Part shown: one piece after another, positions 61,584 through 64,000 of the stretch
Layout of the letters: each line of letters opens with the position of its first letter
Numbering within the stretch: the first letter of the stretch is position 1
NCBI RefSeq assembly: GCF_006345805.1
Contig: NC_043014.1
Location: forward strand, 31,310,001-31,374,000
DNA length: 64,000 nucleotides
Direction: 5' to 3'
DNA from: Octopus sinensis
Taxonomy: Eukaryota
Made by a program: the position numbers and the translations under genes
The notes under the pieces: generated by a model
What the model saw: the letters and a program-made list of their open reading frames with translations, nothing else
Told to the model about the DNA's origin: nothing
Databases searched by the model: none

Positions 61584-63327
61584 GTAAGTTCAATTGAAAA
61601 GAAATATATCTACAATCAAATATTTCCTCTGCATCAAGAAATAAACAAACAGTCCCTTTCCTAGCAATACACACAAACATAACACACACACGGGGGGGGG
61701 AGATATGTGTGTGTGTGTGTGTGTGGGGGAGATGTGGTAGTGTGTGAGATTAGGGTTTATATAGCCATATATTTCAAGTGCAGCATTAATGAAGGGAGTG
61801 AGTGGGGTGTGACAAATGTGAGATAGGTAGGTGAGTGTATGTGCAGGGGGGAAGTAAGGGAAGGTGATTGATGGTGTGTATGTATGTACAGTGAGTGAAG
61901 AGGTGGTGGAAAGATAAAAGGGATGGAAAACACAATAAAAAAATAATATAACAAAAAAGAATAAAATACAAAAATGCATTATCTCTTGTGATGTTAGGCT
62001 GAGTATATAATTAAAGTTGTCCAGCACAGCTGACACACTGAATAATACAGCTTTCTTCTTGCTCTATCCCCAGCCTTCCTACTACTCCCACCGACACTCA
62101 TATTAATAATGGTTTGTGAAGTGATAGGGGAGAAGGGTAGATGAGAAAACGGGAGTGGGGTGGGGGGTGTTCAACTTCCTCACCGCCGCCGCCACTACAA
62201 GTTATACCACTGCCAACAACACTATATAGCAACATCCCACCAACACCACCATCATCATCATCACTGGAAACAATACCACTGCTGATAACACTATAGCCAC
62301 CACCACCACCACCACCACTGCCAACAACAACAACATAAACTGCTTCCATGACCACCACTACAACTAAAACTGGGAAGATCCCAATACTCCTCAATACTAC
62401 CTCCTACACCAATGCTAGTACTTGATTGTCACTGTCGATATCACAACTACCACCAGTACTGTATCATTAGTTGCTGCTGCTGCTGCTGCTACTACTACTG
62501 CACCATCAATACCTCACCTATATTATCATCACCATCGATACTGGGGTCCCAATACCTTCCTGCACTAATGCTGACTATCATAACCATCGATACTGTCACC
62601 AATACTGTGACCTCTGACATCACTATTACCACCACCTTTACCATCAGCAATGCTGTGACCACTAATACCATCACGAATACCGGCCACCACCAATACTGTG
62701 ACTGTCTCACTAATACCTTCCGTTCTGGCTGCAATCAGCACCAGAGCACAGCAGCTGTTGACCACCACTAAGGCATTAAAACTACAGTTTTGTTTAAGGA
62801 TAAAAGTAGAACTCTATATGATCAAAGAACTTCACATATATTGATGGCAGAGTCAGGGTTTGGGGGCAAGATATGAGAGAGTGGGGAGCCGTTGTGGGAA
62901 AGGGAAGCTGCGTTGTGGTTCTTTAATGCAGTAGTGGTGGTGGTGGTGATGGTGATGGGAGAATGGAATAGATAAATATTTGATGGTATTGTCATAAAAA
63001 CATTAACAAAAGAAAAAAGGAAAGCAGGACAGCAAATTTAAGAGAAAATATTTAATAGCTGGAATAATTTCCTTTTAGTAATAAGACAAGGTCTATTTTG
63101 CGTTGGTTTGGGAGATATAATTAATTGAACCGATGACCACAGTGTATATTAATTTATAGGCAACACTATCTTAAAAGGACAAAAGGAGGAATAGTTAATA
63201 AGACCTCAATGGAATTTGGACTGGAGCTTAAGGTTACTTAATTACATATCATAAATTACTTTATTCATGATGATGATGATAACTACGGTTGTAAAATAGA
63301 CACACAAGAAAACAAAAACATAAATAT

Positions 63328-63650
63328 CTTTTATCTTTTACTTGTTTCAGTCATTAGACTGTGGGCATGCTGAGGGACAGCCTTGACGAATTCTTAGTTG
63401 AATGAATTGACCCTAGTATTTATAGGGACATAAACAAACCATCACTGGTTGTCAAGCGGTGGAGAGGAACAAACATACACACGTACACACACATGATGGG
63501 CTTCTTTCAGTTTCCGTCTAACAAATCCACTCACAAGACTTTGGTCAGCCTGAGGGTATTGTAGAAGATGCTTGCCCAAAGTACCGCGCAGTGGGACTGA
63601 ACCCGGAACTATGTTAGGAAGCTAACTTCTTACCACACAGCCACACTCGT
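63328..63650 (-). mobile_element. SINE family A, degenerate
   Basis: Reverse complement of family motifs. Confidence 0.75.
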
Positions 63651-64000
63651 GCCAGTTTGAACATACGATAGGTAGAATATTTGTGCTGGATAAGGCTGGT
63701 TTAAAATGCTCAAGGGAGTGTGAGACATAGAAAAACAATCTCTAACGGTCTGCTGCAATTGTTTAGTCTCAGGTCAATCTTGATGAACAAATCCACAATC
63801 AGAAACATTTAATCTATGAACACCGTTTTTAAGCTCTCTTGGACATTATTTTTAATGCACTCATTTCTTTAATCTGGTATGGTATAATTTGGGAGAGATT
63901 TAACTGCTACTTCTAGCAAGCTGAACTCTCATTGGTGGTAGTGTATACATGTGTGTGTGTGCACGTAGGTTCGCTCTGCTTGGAATAAAATTATAGCAAT

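Noticed and set aside
61590-62036. 148-aa ORF (MSAVLDNF...)
   Set aside because: Non-ATG start; runs through purine/pyrimidine-biased and (CA)n sequence; no donor.
62098-62780. ORFs as the missing TOX first exon
   Set aside because: Low-complexity (CAC/CAT/TAC) sequence with no convincing phase-0 donor and no TOX-like residues.

Overview
Repeat-rich eukaryotic genomic DNA (~AT-rich, spliceosomal introns). The microsatellite and SINE landscape strongly suggests an octopus or other coleoid cephalopod; this is an inference from recalled repeat families, not a database result. Two protein-coding genes are present, both on the minus strand and both running off the window. (1) One coding exon of a D-2-hydroxyacid dehydrogenase (2-ketogluconate/glyoxylate-reductase-like) at 631-1006. 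(2) A TOX-family HMG-box gene with a TOX4-type Cys-rich C-terminus; seven coding exons could be assembled in phase from 58913 to the stop at 28275 (1344 nt = 447 codons + stop), and its first exon was not found. Between them lies a CpG-rich zone (~1-14.6 kb) with three identical tRNA-Arg(TCT) genes, a U2 5' pseudogene, nested Helitrons and Merlin-like foldback elements. The rest is CpG-poor intron/downstream sequence filled with tRNA-SINEs, RTE LINE remnants, a maT/DD37D-type transposase relic, piggyBac relics and MITEs. The most unusual items are a tRNA-headed element carrying a Penelope-type minimal hammerhead-ribozyme motif with an inverted second copy (52871-53236), a 5S-rRNA-headed chimeric SINE-like unit (19960-20146), and several long intragenic inverted repeats. 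No CRISPR array or prokaryotic system is present.
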